From: Candidatus Poribacteria bacterium
GTDB taxonomy: Bacteria > Poribacteria > WGA-4E > WGA-3G
NCBI GenBank assembly: GCA_965215265.1
Contig: OZ244048.1
Coordinates: 4,640,001-4,704,000 of the forward strand
Direction: 5' to 3'
Length of the DNA stretch: 64,000 nt
The notes below the pieces were generated by a model. That model searched no databases and had not been told where the DNA came from. It saw only the letters and a program-made list of their open reading frames with translations. Made by a program: the position numbers and the translations under genes. This document shows, in pieces, positions 20,666 to 32,075 of the stretch; the first letter of the stretch is position 1, and each line of letters opens with the position of its first letter.

Positions 20666-21319
20666 GTGTATCAACAGAATGGATTTTCAGAATTAGCAAA
20701 ACAGATGTTCATGCATTCGCGTGACGACGAAACCCTTAAAGAATTCCTGACCTCTCAATATTCAGAAGAGGATTTGATATGTTATCTGAGAAGCGACGAT
20801 CCGTTAGAGATGCGTGCTGCTGCCGCTGCGCTTAGGTTAATCGGAGGTGAAATGGGCATTCCGGCGTTGATAGAGGCGCTCCAGGACGATGACTTGGGGA
20901 CGTGCTTTAGTGCTGAAAATGCGTTGTGGCATATCTGGGCGCGGTCTGGTGACCCGGCTGTAGATGCGATACTTAATGACGGAAAGGCGCTACTGAGATC
21001 TGAAGCTTACGATAAAGCGGTTGAACGTTTTACGAAGGTCATTCAAGCAGCCCCTAATTTCGCAGAGGGTTACAACCAGCGTGCCATTGCCTATTTTCTG
21101 CTGGAAGAATGGAGCAAATCGATCCGAGACTGTAAGCGGACCGTGGCGCTCAATCCGAATCACTTCGGTGCGTTCGCGGGAATGGGGCATGTTTATGTCA
21201 AACTGGGAAAAATCATAGAGGCAATTACGGCTTACAAACAAGCATTGCATATTAATCCAAACCTCCTTCCGATTGCAGAGGCAATTTTGCGGCTCCGCAG
21301 CGAATTGGAAAACGAATAA
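20666..21319 (+). CDS. HEAT + TPR repeat protein
   Basis: HEAT-like 'IPALIEAL'; TPRs 'APNFAEGYNQRA', 'NPNHFGA'; SD GGAGG before GTG. Confidence 0.85.
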   Translation: MYQQNGFSELAKQMFMHSRDDETLKEFLTSQYSEEDLICYLRSDDPLEMRAAAAALRLIGGEMGIPALIEALQDDDLGTCFSAENALWHIWARSGDPAVDAILNDGKALLRSEAYDKAVERFTKVIQAAPNFAEGYNQRAIAYFLLEEWSKSIRDCKRTVALNPNHFGAFAGMGHVYVKLGKIIEAITAYKQALHINPNLLPIAEAILRLRSELENE

Positions 21320-21426
21320 GAGGATATGCCATCGAGCCTCTGGCGAGATGCGATATGAAAACCACACGCTTCATTCAGAACAGATAGAACAGATGTACCT
21401 TATGCTATAGACAAAAAAAATCGGAA

Positions 21427-22221
21427 ATGATTTTAAGACGTTTCGCTTTCACTGGCATGGTGGCGGGTTCACCTTATCGGCTAAAAACGTTTTTCTCTTG
21501 CATCTTCATTGCCACTTTTCTCGTGTGGATGCTATACGAATTGTTTACAACCGTGAAATTCGCATCACCGAGTTTACGTTTTGCTATCACGCAAGTATTG
21601 GTTGTGTTGTTGGCGGCCCCTTATTTATCGGCCCGTGCTGTGGTTACGGTTTCTTCTACACAATTATTGGTGTTAAGTCCGGTTAGTTTATGGCGTTTTG
21701 CGCTGATTCGGCTTATCTATAGTCAGAGCGCGGTTATCCTCTGGTCGTTTTTGTCTACCGGGTTCTTGGCCTCTGTTTTTTATGTTGGGAGTGCGACATG
21801 CCTCAAGCTGCTTGCGGTCCTGGTGATTTGTAGCATTACGGGGGCTGCTGTCGGCGCGGGCGCAGGGCTCCTTTGCCGAGATGCCCTATTTGGTACAGAA
21901 TTGACATATCTCTTGTGGAGCGTGCTAATTGGTGGCGTTTTTCTGCTAGGGCCTTTGGACCGCTATGTGGATAACATTCAATCAGTTATTCCGCCGTTTC
22001 TCAACGTTAATCCGGTGATGGCGGCTTGTAATCTCTTTTTTGAGGAAGACATTTTTAGGACACCCTTGCTTTATGATTTAACACCTGTCTCCTCTTATGT
22101 AATCACGTATCCATCGTGGTATCGTATCTGCTTCTGGCAATTGGGACTCGGTGTGCTTTGTGTCTTTGGAATTCTGTTTCAATCGACAAAGAATCTTACC
22201 TATAAAAAGATTCGGGTGTAA
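21427..22221 (+). CDS. Multi-pass membrane protein (ABC permease-like)
   Basis: About 6-7 hydrophobic segments; 'NVNP' motif. Confidence 0.6.
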   Translation: MILRRFAFTGMVAGSPYRLKTFFSCIFIATFLVWMLYELFTTVKFASPSLRFAITQVLVVLLAAPYLSARAVVTVSSTQLLVLSPVSLWRFALIRLIYSQSAVILWSFLSTGFLASVFYVGSATCLKLLAVLVICSITGAAVGAGAGLLCRDALFGTELTYLLWSVLIGGVFLLGPLDRYVDNIQSVIPPFLNVNPVMAACNLFFEEDIFRTPLLYDLTPVSSYVITYPSWYRICFWQLGLGVLCVFGILFQSTKNLTYKKIRV

Positions 22222-22255
22222 TTCAAAACAGATATAAGGAAAAAAGATAAGTGAT

Positions 22256-23626
22256 ATGATGCAACCAATTGTGAGTGTTTCAGGGGTGCGAGGACAAGTA
22301 GGGGTTTCGCTGGATCCGTGTGTACTAACCCGTTTTGCTATGGCTTTTGGTACGATGGCTGGTGGTAGAACCGTCGTTGTAGGGCGAGATTCCCGCACCT
22401 CGAGCCCGATGGTTCGGCATGCTGTGCTTTCTGGGCTTTTTGCTACCGGGTGCCGCGTGATTGATGTTGGGCTGTGCCCGACACCGACTATCCTTTTGAT
22501 GGCGAAGGTGCTTGGTGCACAAGGCAGTGTGACGATAACGGCCAGCCACAACCCGGTTGACTGGAACGGCATCGAATTTTCTGCCATGTCTGGACAGCTT
22601 TTGACGAAAGCAGAACGTGACGAATTAACAAGAATTTACGAAAACGAAGCTTTCATTCTGGCACCATGGAACGAGCAAGGTGTATTGGAGATGTACGAAA
22701 ATGCAACAGCAGTCCATCTCAAGCAGATATTGCGTGCCCCATGGCTTGAACCGGATCTAATTCAAAAAGCCAATTTGAAGGTGGTGCTTGATTGTGGTAA
22801 CGGTGCCGGAAGTGTCCTGAGTCCAACCCTCTTAAGAGAGCTCGGGTGTAGGTTGGTTGAACTCAATTGTGTTGCTGATGGACATTTCCGTCGTCCGGCT
22901 GAACCTACGCCTCAGGCGTTAAGCGAGCTCTCTGAAACCGTAATTGCAGCGAATGCCGATATCGGGTTCGCACACGATGGTGATGCCGACCGGCTGGTTG
23001 TTGTGACTGACCAAGGTGTGCCGCTCAGTGGCGAATGGACGCTCGCTCTCGTTGCTGATTTTATCCTCTCTAAAACGAATGGTGACATCGTGGTTACGGT
23101 TTCAACGAGTCGTGTGCTGGACGATATCGCAGCAAAGCATGAGGCTGTACTCCATCGAACGAAAGTGGGTGTCGGCTGGGTCGTTGATAAAATGCACGAA
23201 GTGGATGCAGTTATCGGGGGTGAAGGCACCGGGGGTATCATCTATCCGGATATTCACCACACGACCGATGGTATTGCAACAATTGCGGCAATTCTTCAAT
23301 TGATAGCAGAGACTGATAGCCGCGTGACAACGCTTGTTGGGAACATGCCTCAATATGAGATGTGTCGCAAAAAGTTAGATATCCCTTCGCAAAACATCGC
23401 AACACAAGTGGTTGCACGAGCTATGGAGGTGTATGGCGGCGAAACACTTGAGTTGACAGACGGAATCAAACGCGTCTGGGATGATAGATGGGTGAACATC
23501 CGAAAGTCTGGGACAGAACCTGTTATTCGGGTTTTTAGCGAAGCCCCCACGTCTGACGAAGCAGAGGCTTTGTGTGACGAGACGCTCGCGGTTCTAGAAA
23601 TGTTAATGAAACAAATTCACCCTTAA
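22256..23626 (+). CDS. glmM: Phosphoglucosamine mutase / alpha-D-phosphohexomutase
   Basis: 'SVSGVRG', 'TASHNP', 'DGDADR', 'GGEG.GG', 'RKSGTEP'. Confidence 0.8.
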   Translation: MMQPIVSVSGVRGQVGVSLDPCVLTRFAMAFGTMAGGRTVVVGRDSRTSSPMVRHAVLSGLFATGCRVIDVGLCPTPTILLMAKVLGAQGSVTITASHNPVDWNGIEFSAMSGQLLTKAERDELTRIYENEAFILAPWNEQGVLEMYENATAVHLKQILRAPWLEPDLIQKANLKVVLDCGNGAGSVLSPTLLRELGCRLVELNCVADGHFRRPAEPTPQALSELSETVIAANADIGFAHDGDADRLVVVTDQGVPLSGEWTLALVADFILSKTNGDIVVTVSTSRVLDDIAAKHEAVLHRTKVGVGWVVDKMHEVDAVIGGEGTGGIIYPDIHHTTDGIATIAAILQLIAETDSRVTTLVGNMPQYEMCRKKLDIPSQNIATQVVARAMEVYGGETLELTDGIKRVWDDRWVNIRKSGTEPVIRVFSEAPTSDEAEALCDETLAVLEMLMKQIHP

Positions 23627-23728
23627 TTGCGTTATTTATGACGAGGCATCTGAATAAGGGAAATGCGGCAGGATGTAAGGTTATGAAGATGCGAAAGAGT
23701 CGAAACGAAAAAAAAATTGGAGAAGGCT

Positions 23729-24964
23729 ATGGCTTTGAAACTCGCCTGTATCGGTGGCGGAAGTGGACTTTCTGCGCTGCTCAGTGGGATTAAGCAATAT
23801 GCAGACCTTCACTGTGCAGAGGATAGCATTATCGATTTAGACAGTTTGGCAGCAATCGTGACTGTTTCCGACGATGGTGGGAGTTCGGGGCGGCTCGTTG
23901 AAGAATTTGATGTACTTCCGCCCGGGGATATCCGTAGGCTCCTGTTCACCTTGTCGGATGCAGATGAGCTGGCAGGGCTTTTTGAATACCGTTTTTCAAG
24001 CAATGGGGAGCTAGGAGGGCATACAATTGGCAATATCCTGTTAACGGCCCTGACTGAATTAAAAGGGAATTTCCCGAAGGCGATTCAAGCAGCATCTCGC
24101 TTACTCTCGGTTCGCGGGCAGATTATCCCGGTGACGCTCGATTACACAGTGCTTTGCGCAGAGCTTGCGGACGGTGAAATCGTGCGTGGTGAGTCGACGA
24201 TTCCAACACGCGAGAATCGTGAGCCTATCAAGCGTGTCTTTTTTGAGCCGCGCGAAAATGGGAAAACACACCATCCGCCTGGTGAACTCTATGAATGTCA
24301 AGCGCATGAAACCGCAATAGATGCCTTGCTCAGTGCGGATGTGATTATCATCGGACCCGGCAGTCTTTATACCAGTATCATGCCGAATCTGGTTATTAAA
24401 GGCATTGTTGACGCAATCCAACGGTCCGATGCAATGAAAATCTACGTTTGTAACGTAATGACACAGCCGGGGGAGACCGATGGCTACGCTGTCACCGACC
24501 ACGTCAACGCCCTGTTTGACCATGCCAAGATCGCTTTGCAGTATGTACTTGTTAATAATCAGCCAGCGCCGACAGAAATCATTCAGGAATATGTGCGACA
24601 AGAACTCCTCGCGCAGTTAACGCGCATCCGTTCACTCGCAGAGGAAGGGCTTACAATGCTTTACGAAAGCACTGCGCATCCTTTGGATGTCCTTACTCTC
24701 GCGAAAAATATTTCACAACTCTCTGCAGAGACGATGCTCGTTGCGGATGCATCAAAAGTGCAAGTCTCATACAATGCGGAACGAGAAAATCTTGACGTCG
24801 AAGGTATTACTGTCGTTGAGGCAGACCTGATTCGTGACCTGGTTGTTACCGAACGCGGCATTGAGATGAACGTTATCCGGCACGATCCGGAGAAACTCGT
24901 GCGAACGCTCGTCAAGGTTTTTCGGAATCATCCGAAACTGAATGAACTCACTTCTTCGTCGTAA
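23729..24964 (+). CDS. yvcK: YvcK/GlmR (UPF0052/CofD-like) protein
   Basis: 'GGGSGLS', 'DDGGSSG', 'PPGDIR', 'GPGSLYTS', 'RHDP'. Confidence 0.88.
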   Translation: MALKLACIGGGSGLSALLSGIKQYADLHCAEDSIIDLDSLAAIVTVSDDGGSSGRLVEEFDVLPPGDIRRLLFTLSDADELAGLFEYRFSSNGELGGHTIGNILLTALTELKGNFPKAIQAASRLLSVRGQIIPVTLDYTVLCAELADGEIVRGESTIPTRENREPIKRVFFEPRENGKTHHPPGELYECQAHETAIDALLSADVIIIGPGSLYTSIMPNLVIKGIVDAIQRSDAMKIYVCNVMTQPGETDGYAVTDHVNALFDHAKIALQYVLVNNQPAPTEIIQEYVRQELLAQLTRIRSLAEEGLTMLYESTAHPLDVLTLAKNISQLSAETMLVADASKVQVSYNAERENLDVEGITVVEADLIRDLVVTERGIEMNVIRHDPEKLVRTLVKVFRNHPKLNELTSSS

Positions 24965-25142
24965 TTTTTTTAAGAATTCTGCTAGCATGGCTCGATTGCA
25001 AACTGCATCTACAAATCGGGGCCGGCGGATAGTAAAAAAATATGAGGTACATTGGAATGATAACATACCTCATGTCTCTGGATTGATTGTGATAAAGGGG
25101 GCCTGCTTGACATATAAAAAAGCTAGGGACGATTGCCGGCTG

Positions 25143-25337
25143 TTACCTCTTTTGTGTCAGAGCCGTGGGCTGAATAGTTTTGGACGCAATGTGAGCGGCG
25201 AATTGATCGCAAATGTTTGACAGATCGTCAATAAAAAGTTCCCAACGAAATTCGTCTTGTTGCGCTTTTGCAGCTGCAAGATATAGCGCGAGTTCATAAT
25301 AATTGGCGGGGTTCTCGAGCACATCTTTGGTATCCAT
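25143..25337 (-). CDS. Small hypothetical protein (64 aa)
   Basis: ATG with strong SD (AAAGGAG) upstream; divergent from glnS. Confidence 0.6.
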   Translation of the reverse strand: MDTKDVLENPANYYELALYLAAAKAQQDEFRWELFIDDLSNICDQFAAHIASKTIQPTALTQKR

Positions 25338-25500
25338 GGATTCTACTCCTTTCTTAATATATTTCTTCACATACCATAAAACGGAATTAAGACGGAAACG
25401 GTTTCATTTTTTTTGAAAAGAAACAGGAGATGCAGTTGAGAGTGCAGGAATGCCTTGCATCGCACCCTGGAGTATTCTTTGAACTAATTCGTTGAGAAAT

Positions 25501-25529
25501 TTGACAACATAGGCGGAATGTAGTATTAT
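25501..25529 (+). promoter_or_regulatory. Sigma70 promoter upstream of the glnS leader
   Basis: TTGACA, 17-bp spacer, TATTAT. Confidence 0.65.
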
Positions 25530-25800
25530 AATTGCAGCTGCAGCGAAATGTACAATGCAGGAGGAGGCAGCCTCGTCTGGGGGCGTAGTAGACTTCTATC
25601 CGGCGACTGCCAATCAGATAGCACGGGCATGCGAACCAGAGTGAAATTGATGCTGGACTCTTTTTAAGCCTTATGCACACGAATCCCGGTAGCATACGGT
25701 TTTTTGTTTTTTTTGGAGAGAGGAGTTCGTGCCACAAGATTCTCGAAAAGAGAATTCCGCCTTGTGGCATGCAAACTATGCATTGTGAAGGAGATATTTT

Positions 25801-27537
25801 ATGAAAAAGTCGGATTCTGACACAAAACACAACAGCCAAAAGGCAGACCGAAGAACGCACGGAAAAACAGGTATTGACTTTATCCGCCAGGAAGTTGAGA
25901 AAGACCTGGAATCAAATCGGTACGATGGCAGAGTCCACACCCGCTTTCCACCTGAACCGAGTGGATACCTCCATATTGGACACGCAAAAGCCATCTGTAT
26001 TAGTTTCGGTATTGCCGAAGATTATAAGGGGCTTTACAACCTGCGGTTTGACGATAGCAATCCTATCACGGAAGAGGGTGAGTACGTTGAGGCAATCAAA
26101 CGGGATGTCCGGTGGCTTGGATTTGATTGGCAGGACAGAGAATACTATGCCTCGGATTACTTTGAGGCGCTCTATGAATATGCTGTCAAACTTATCAAAA
26201 AAGGGAAGGCGTATATCTGCGATTTGACACCGCAGGAAACCAGAACGTATCGTGGGACTCTGTTGGAAGGGGGCAGAGACAGTCCGTATCGCAACCGTTC
26301 GGTTGAAGAAAATCTTGCGTTGTTCTACCGGATGTGCGGTGGTGATTTTCCTGACGGCTCACGCACACTTCGTGCCAAAATTGATATGACGAGCCCGAAT
26401 CTCAACATGCGAGATCCGGTCATGTATCGCATCCTCCGGGAGCCACACTATCGGCACGGCAAGAAATGGTGCATCTATCCCACTTACGATTTTACACATG
26501 GACAATCCGACTCTATTGAAGGCATAACCCACTCCCTCTGTGATGTTCAGTTTGAAGACCACCGGCCCCTCTATGATTGGTTTTTAGAGGCGTTGGAGAT
26601 TTATCAGCCGCGACAAATAGAATTTGCACGCCTGAATCTAACGTATACTGTGCTCGGCAAGCGCAAGCTCAGACGACTGGTACAGGGTGGACACGTCAAC
26701 GGGTGGGACGATCCGAGGTTGCCGACACTCGCGGGCATGCGCCGTCGTGGCTATACCCCGCAAGCAATTAGAGATTTTTGCAACCGCATCGGCGTTTCAA
26801 AATCAGATAATCTGATTGAGTTAAGCCAGCTCGAGTATTCCATCAGGAACGATCTGAATCAGCGTGCACCACGCGTGATGGCAGTGCTTAATCCTGTCAA
26901 ATTGATTATTGATAACTATCCAGAGGGACACGTCGAAATGCTTGATGCTGAAAACAATCCGGAAGACCCGAACGCGGGTGAACGGAAGATCCCGTTTTCG
27001 CGTGAATTATACATTGAACGTGAAGATTTTATGGAGGATCCGCCGCGAAAATTCTTCCGATTGGCCCCGCAGCGGGAGGTACGGCTCAAACACGCCTACT
27101 ATGTTCGCTGTGAAAACGTTGTGAAAAACCCGAACACCGGCGATATTCTGGAGATTCACTGTACGTACGATCCGGAGACACGCGGTGGCTGGTCAGAAGA
27201 CGGGCGCAAGGTGCGCGGCACGTTACACTGGGTGTCAGCAGAACACGCTGTGGACGCACACGTTAACCTATATGATACGCTTTTCACGGAAAGAGAACCA
27301 GAGAACACTGACGAAGAAACGGAGTGGATGGATTTCCTGAATCCGAATTCTTTGCAAATTCTAACGGGGTGTAAGGTCGAACCGGGTCTGGCTGAAGCTG
27401 ACATCGGCGCGCAGTATCAGTTTCTCAGGATGGGCTATTTCTGTGTAGATGCGGATACAACCTCACAAAAATTAGTGTTTAACCGCACTGTCCCGCTTAG
27501 GGATACATGGGCGAAGATTCAGAGAGGACAGAGATGA
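25801..27537 (+). CDS. glnS: Glutamine--tRNA ligase
   Basis: '[17 protein letters not shown]', 'MRDPVMYR', 'GWDDPRLPT', 'FNRTV.LRDTW'. Confidence 0.95.
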   Translation: MKKSDSDTKHNSQKADRRTHGKTGIDFIRQEVEKDLESNRYDGRVHTRFPPEPSGYLHIGHAKAICISFGIAEDYKGLYNLRFDDSNPITEEGEYVEAIKRDVRWLGFDWQDREYYASDYFEALYEYAVKLIKKGKAYICDLTPQETRTYRGTLLEGGRDSPYRNRSVEENLALFYRMCGGDFPDGSRTLRAKIDMTSPNLNMRDPVMYRILREPHYRHGKKWCIYPTYDFTHGQSDSIEGITHSLCDVQFEDHRPLYDWFLEALEIYQPRQIEFARLNLTYTVLGKRKLRRLVQGGHVNGWDDPRLPTLAGMRRRGYTPQAIRDFCNRIGVSKSDNLIELSQLEYSIRNDLNQRAPRVMAVLNPVKLIIDNYPEGHVEMLDAENNPEDPNAGERKIPFSRELYIEREDFMEDPPRKFFRLAPQREVRLKHAYYVRCENVVKNPNTGDILEIHCTYDPETRGGWSEDGRKVRGTLHWVSAEHAVDAHVNLYDTLFTEREPENTDEETEWMDFLNPNSLQILTGCKVEPGLAEADIGAQYQFLRMGYFCVDADTTSQKLVFNRTVPLRDTWAKIQRGQR

Positions 27538-28985
27538 GCATAAATCAGGGTGTCCGTGTCCGGATGGCACCGTCGCCAACCGGTTTTTTACACATCGGGG
27601 GCGCACGGACAGCGCTCTTCAATTGGTTGTTCACGAAACGTCACAACGGAACGTTCGTTCTCCGGATTGATGATACGGATACGGCGCGTTCGACCGAAGA
27701 ATCCATGCAGGAAATTTATAGCGCGCTGAAGTGGCTCGGACTCAAGTGGGATGAAACCTACGTCCAATCGGAACGCGGCGGCGTTTATGAACGGTACATC
27801 GCGCAGCTGCTTGAGAGCCGCAATGCTTATCACTGCTACTGCACACCCCAAGAATTGGAAGCAATCCGCGCTGAAGCACGCATGGAAAAGCGGAATCGTT
27901 CCTATGATGGACGGTGCCGACATCTCACCGCAGAAGACACGGAACGTTTTGTTGTAGAAGGACGAAAACCGACGGTTCGAATGAAGATGCCTGACGAACC
28001 CATACGTGTCGATGACATTATCCTCGGTACACGGAATATCGATGCCGGCACTCTGGAAGACGAAGTCATCGTCCGCTCAAACGGTGTCCCTACTTACAAT
28101 CTCACCTCAATTATAGACGATGCTGAGATGGCAATAACGCACGTGATCCGCGGCATGGAACACCTTAACAACACACCAAAGCAGATGGCAATCGCGAACG
28201 CACTCGATTTCACGCTTCCGCAGTTTGCACACATCCCGCTTGTTCTGGATGAGAATGGGCGAAAACTGAGCAAACGGCATCATGGTGACCTTGTCTCTGT
28301 TAATCGTTATCGCCAGCTCGGTTATCTACCTGAGGCGATGCTCAACTTCGTGGTGCGGCTCGGCTGGTCCTATGACGACAAACAGGAAATTTTTGCGGTT
28401 GATGAACTCGTCGAAAAGTTCGATCTGGCACGCGTTGGCAAAAGCGGGAGTGTCTTTGATATTAAGAAACTCGATTGGCTCAATTCACACTACATCGCGC
28501 GATTGGACATCGCAGCACGAACGGATGCCGTAATTCCGTTTTGGGAAGAAGCAGGCATAGATATAACATCCAAACCGCGCCTGCAATTGGAGGGCATCGT
28601 TACCGCAGTAGGTGAACGGCTGCTGACCTTAGCAGATATCGTCTCGCAGACCCGCTATTTCTTTTACGCGCCATCTGAATATGAGCCCAAAGCCGTTAAG
28701 AAATGGTGGGGAAGTTCGGCTGAAAAGAGAGAGAAAGCGGCTGATATCCTAACGCATCTCTCAGAGGTTTTACGCGAAATTCCGGCATTTCAGGTGGAAC
28801 TGGTTGAGGAGGCGATTTGGCAATACACGGACGCACACAATATCAAACGAGTCTTAGCGATGCAAACGTTGAGAATCGCCTTAACAGGGACATCGTTTGG
28901 TCCAAGTCTGTTTGATATCCTTGTTTTGCTGGGGAGAGACGAGGTCTTAGAACGGGTCGAAAGCGCAATAGGACATCTAGCCTAA
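27534..28985 (+). CDS. gltX: Glutamate--tRNA ligase
   Basis: '[12 protein letters not shown]', 'KLSKR'; ATGA overlap with glnS. Confidence 0.95.
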   Translation: MSINQGVRVRMAPSPTGFLHIGGARTALFNWLFTKRHNGTFVLRIDDTDTARSTEESMQEIYSALKWLGLKWDETYVQSERGGVYERYIAQLLESRNAYHCYCTPQELEAIRAEARMEKRNRSYDGRCRHLTAEDTERFVVEGRKPTVRMKMPDEPIRVDDIILGTRNIDAGTLEDEVIVRSNGVPTYNLTSIIDDAEMAITHVIRGMEHLNNTPKQMAIANALDFTLPQFAHIPLVLDENGRKLSKRHHGDLVSVNRYRQLGYLPEAMLNFVVRLGWSYDDKQEIFAVDELVEKFDLARVGKSGSVFDIKKLDWLNSHYIARLDIAARTDAVIPFWEEAGIDITSKPRLQLEGIVTAVGERLLTLADIVSQTRYFFYAPSEYEPKAVKKWWGSSAEKREKAADILTHLSEVLREIPAFQVELVEEAIWQYTDAHNIKRVLAMQTLRIALTGTSFGPSLFDILVLLGRDEVLERVESAIGHLA

Positions 28986-30026
28986 ATTGAGTGTTCCGGA
29001 GAGGGGACTCTTGGGCTATTTATTCCTCGCCTCTTTCGTTTGTCGTAGAGATCCGTCATTGCCCCTCTTATCTGCCAAGAAGTAGGACTTTCATGAAAGG
29101 AAAACTCGCCATTCATGGCGGACAAAGCACCGTCCCTGATGGATTAATTCAACCGTGGCCGCACGTTACCGACTCCGATAGAGAAGCTGTCGCAGCGGTG
29201 ATGGCCTCGGCGAAAATCACCGAACAGCAACAGGTCCAATCCGAAGGACTCGCACGAGAGTGGGCAGAGTAAATGGGTGTTGGGTATTGCATCCCCGTTA
29301 ACAGCGGCACGGCTGCCCTACACCTATGTGTTGCCGGTGTCGGCATTGAACCCGGTGATGAGGTTATTGTACCGGCCTTCACCTTCTGGGCAACGGCGGC
29401 AGCGGTCCTCCACCACAATGCGATTCCTGTTTTTGTTGATATTGACCCGCACACTTATTGTATCGATGCCACCCTCATCGAGGCGAAAGTCACTGAGCGA
29501 ACACGTGCTATTATGCCGGTTCACATTCACGGCATGCCTGCCGATATGGACACCATTCTGGCAATTGCCAAGAAGTACGATTTGAAAGTCATCGAAGATG
29601 TCGCCCAAGCCCATGGGGCGAAATATAAAGGGCGCTTCTGTGGCGCTATGGGGGACGCGGCGGGTTATAGCACGCAAGCATCCAAAACGTTGAGCAGCGG
29701 TTGCCAAGGCGGATTGTTCACAACAGATGATGAGCAAATTTACAAGCGAGCGGCGTTGCTGCAATATTTCGGTGAATTGGTGGTGCCCGGGCAGGAGCGC
29801 GAAGAACAAGAATATAACGCGTATGGGCTTGGGTGGATGTATCGCGGCGATATGTTCAGCCAAGCGTTCATCCGTAGCCAAATTAAGCGGCTGGATGAAA
29901 ACAATGCGCCGCGCATCAGGAATTGCGACTATCTCACGCAACGTCTCAATCAAATTGATGGAATTGAAACCCCTTTTGTTCCTGAGGGGTGTGAACCGGT
30001 CTATTACAACTACGTCGTCGGTTTTA

Positions 30027-30245
30027 TAGTGGATCCCGTAATTACTTATACATTTTTATCATGTCATCAATAACCACCTCAGCGTTATATTGCCGTATCC
30101 GTTTGATGGTGGCAAAATCCTTCTCAATCGGGTTCAACTCCGGCGAATACGGCGGCAAAAATAGCAAACTCTCTGTTGAATATGCCATAATCGTAAATGA
30201 TAACATAAGCCTCAGAAAATGTAAACTTATTTTTCGGATATACTA
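30027..30245 (-). mobile_element. IS630-derived MITE, left copy (219 bp)
   Basis: Flanked by TA; ends TAGT...ACTA. Minus strand encodes the IS630 DDE C-terminal remnant LLFLPPYSPELNPIEKDFATIKRIRQYN. Confidence 0.88.
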
Positions 30246-30267
30246 TAAAGATTCGTGGCAACTTAGG

Positions 30268-30394
30268 TATATATAACAGAGAGACAGAAACCACGGCACG
30301 AAAACAAGTGGGTTTGGAAAAAAAAAGCTAAACTTTTCCCAGCCACTTGTATATATATAATAGAGAGAGACGGAAACCACGGTGCGAAAAAAAC
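30268..30394 (+). repeat. Imperfect direct repeat (~40 bp x2)
   Basis: TATATATAACAGAGAGACAGAAACCACGGCACGAAAA and TATATATAATAGAGAGAGACGGAAACCACGGTGCGAAAA. Confidence 0.7.
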
Positions 30395-30756
30395 GCAGCG
30401 CAGGGTAGCTGAATGTTTTCGCAGGTAAGGTATTAACCTAAAGTTCAATACCTTACCCGTCAAAAAACGCCAATGTTTGCAATGTTTTGCAAAAAAACTT
30501 GACACTTTTGTGATTTTTGATCGAATCTTATTTGGAATGGGCAGCCGCCCATTTGAGAGGGGTGTCGACGGTGATACCAGCACCGCCGCCGCGGAGAACC
30601 CTGCTACAGAACCGGTATGACAGCGCTGGTTTTCTATTGTATCATAAAACAGGTATAAAAGGCAACCAGCACGCTATATGACATGGAAAAATTGCTATCT
30701 CTCCGACCGATTTTCTTTTCAGGCATTTTTCCATCAATCCGAATGAGAGAGGTTTT

Positions 30757-31503
30757 ATGATGTTACGTGATTTACTTTCCCATCGATGGCTACAAATCTG
30801 TCTTGTTTTCTTTATTATCGCTGTTGGGGGCAGCCTGCTGTATCGTTGGCACACCCTACGAGTCACAGAAAGAGACATGGAACGGCATGACCGCTTTTTA
30901 CAGAGACTGGAAAAAGAGAATGAGACACGTCCTGCTCAAACGGTGAACGTTCCTACAGAAAATGAGACACCTGGTCGTGTAGACACATCGTCGGCAAGCG
31001 TCGCGACAGATACCGAGACACCCAAGGGAACAGCAACGTTACCTGGTGATTCGGAGTTAGACGACGTAGAGGATGTGTTCTTGCCCGATGATTTTGTAGC
31101 AGAGGACCCCCCAACTGAAGAGGTACCTGTCTCACCTCACGGCTTTGGCCCGTATCCTGAAGTCCCAGAGGATTTTCCTAGAAACGTCAACTGGGCTCAC
31201 TATGAGGAAGACCGCCCCATCTTTGAATTGATGACCCGTGTACAGATTAAATTATGGAACCAAGGATACAAGGTCACAGGGATGACTGAAAAGAATGGGT
31301 TGATGTATCCCACAATTCGCGGGACGGTTTACGTCAAATGGAGTCGTAATGGTGAAGAGATTCTTGGAATTAGAGGGCATCCCGCGGATTTGTCTGATGC
31401 AATTGTTGATCAGATGATGGAGTCTGGTATCATTCCAGCAGGGCTTAAAGTGATTGATTATGAGACAGCGGGCATAGATCCATATCAGTTTCTCAACCTA
31501 TAA
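30757..31503 (+). CDS. Membrane-anchored hypothetical protein (cargo)
   Basis: 248 aa; SD GAGG; N-terminal TM, acidic linker, 'VSPHGFGPYPEVP'. Confidence 0.8.
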   Translation: MMLRDLLSHRWLQICLVFFIIAVGGSLLYRWHTLRVTERDMERHDRFLQRLEKENETRPAQTVNVPTENETPGRVDTSSASVATDTETPKGTATLPGDSELDDVEDVFLPDDFVAEDPPTEEVPVSPHGFGPYPEVPEDFPRNVNWAHYEEDRPIFELMTRVQIKLWNQGYKVTGMTEKNGLMYPTIRGTVYVKWSRNGEEILGIRGHPADLSDAIVDQMMESGIIPAGLKVIDYETAGIDPYQFLNL

Positions 31504-31519
31504 TAAGGAGGCATTTCAT

Positions 31520-32007
31520 ATGAAATGGATTTTCAGTTTTCTCATCCTCGTTTTGATAAGCAGCATCGCGATTTCCGATCACACACTCCACAGAAATCGA
31601 GTGTTACACGAGTACGAGAGAGAAACAAGAGAGAATACCTATGCATCGGCGATTGACGAAGACCTTCTCGAAATCCTACGTGCACGTTCACGGACATCAT
31701 CTAGACATTATGAAGGAAGTCAACGCTGGACAGCATTCGCCGATGTCACATGTTATAATGAGGAATACCGAGGCAATTCGGGTTTTGCTAACTATACCCC
31801 CACGAAATAGAAAATGATGGGGGATCCGAAGCTAACACATTTGTAGGCAATTTTTACGAGAATGCCAGGGTTAAAGGTCTGCGTCCAAATTTGCTTTCTG
31901 ATAGCAGAGAGGAAATAAGACGCTGTAGTGCCAGTGCAAGCATAACTGCATGGCGGGGAAGTCCATCATCAGGCATAACCTTTTCAGATAGTGCGATTCC
32001 ATGGTAA
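31520..32007 (+). pseudogene. Secreted hypothetical protein, frameshifted at a C5 run (cargo)
   Basis: SD AAGGAGG and signal peptide. ORF stops at 31810, but the -1 frame from 31801 is open to TAA at 32007; junction TATACCCCCACG. Confidence 0.55.
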
Positions 32008-32029
32008 GCCCTATCCTTTGACAACTTCG

Positions 32030-32075
32030 GAAACCCTATCGGTGCTTTTTCGCAAGCTCCGGTGGGGTTTCTTTC
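32030..32075 (+). terminator. Hairpin / putative terminator after the cargo genes
   Basis: GAAACCCTATCGG...CCGGTGGGGTTTC followed by TTT. Confidence 0.5.

Noticed and set aside
25560-25720. T-box riboswitch or tRNA-Sec
   Set aside because: No GGTGGNACC T-box, and no cloverleaf, TTCGA loop or CCA end.
29270-29275. Stop-codon readthrough or recoding of TAA in DegT
   Set aside because: TAA terminates many genes here, and this gene has other disabling lesions.
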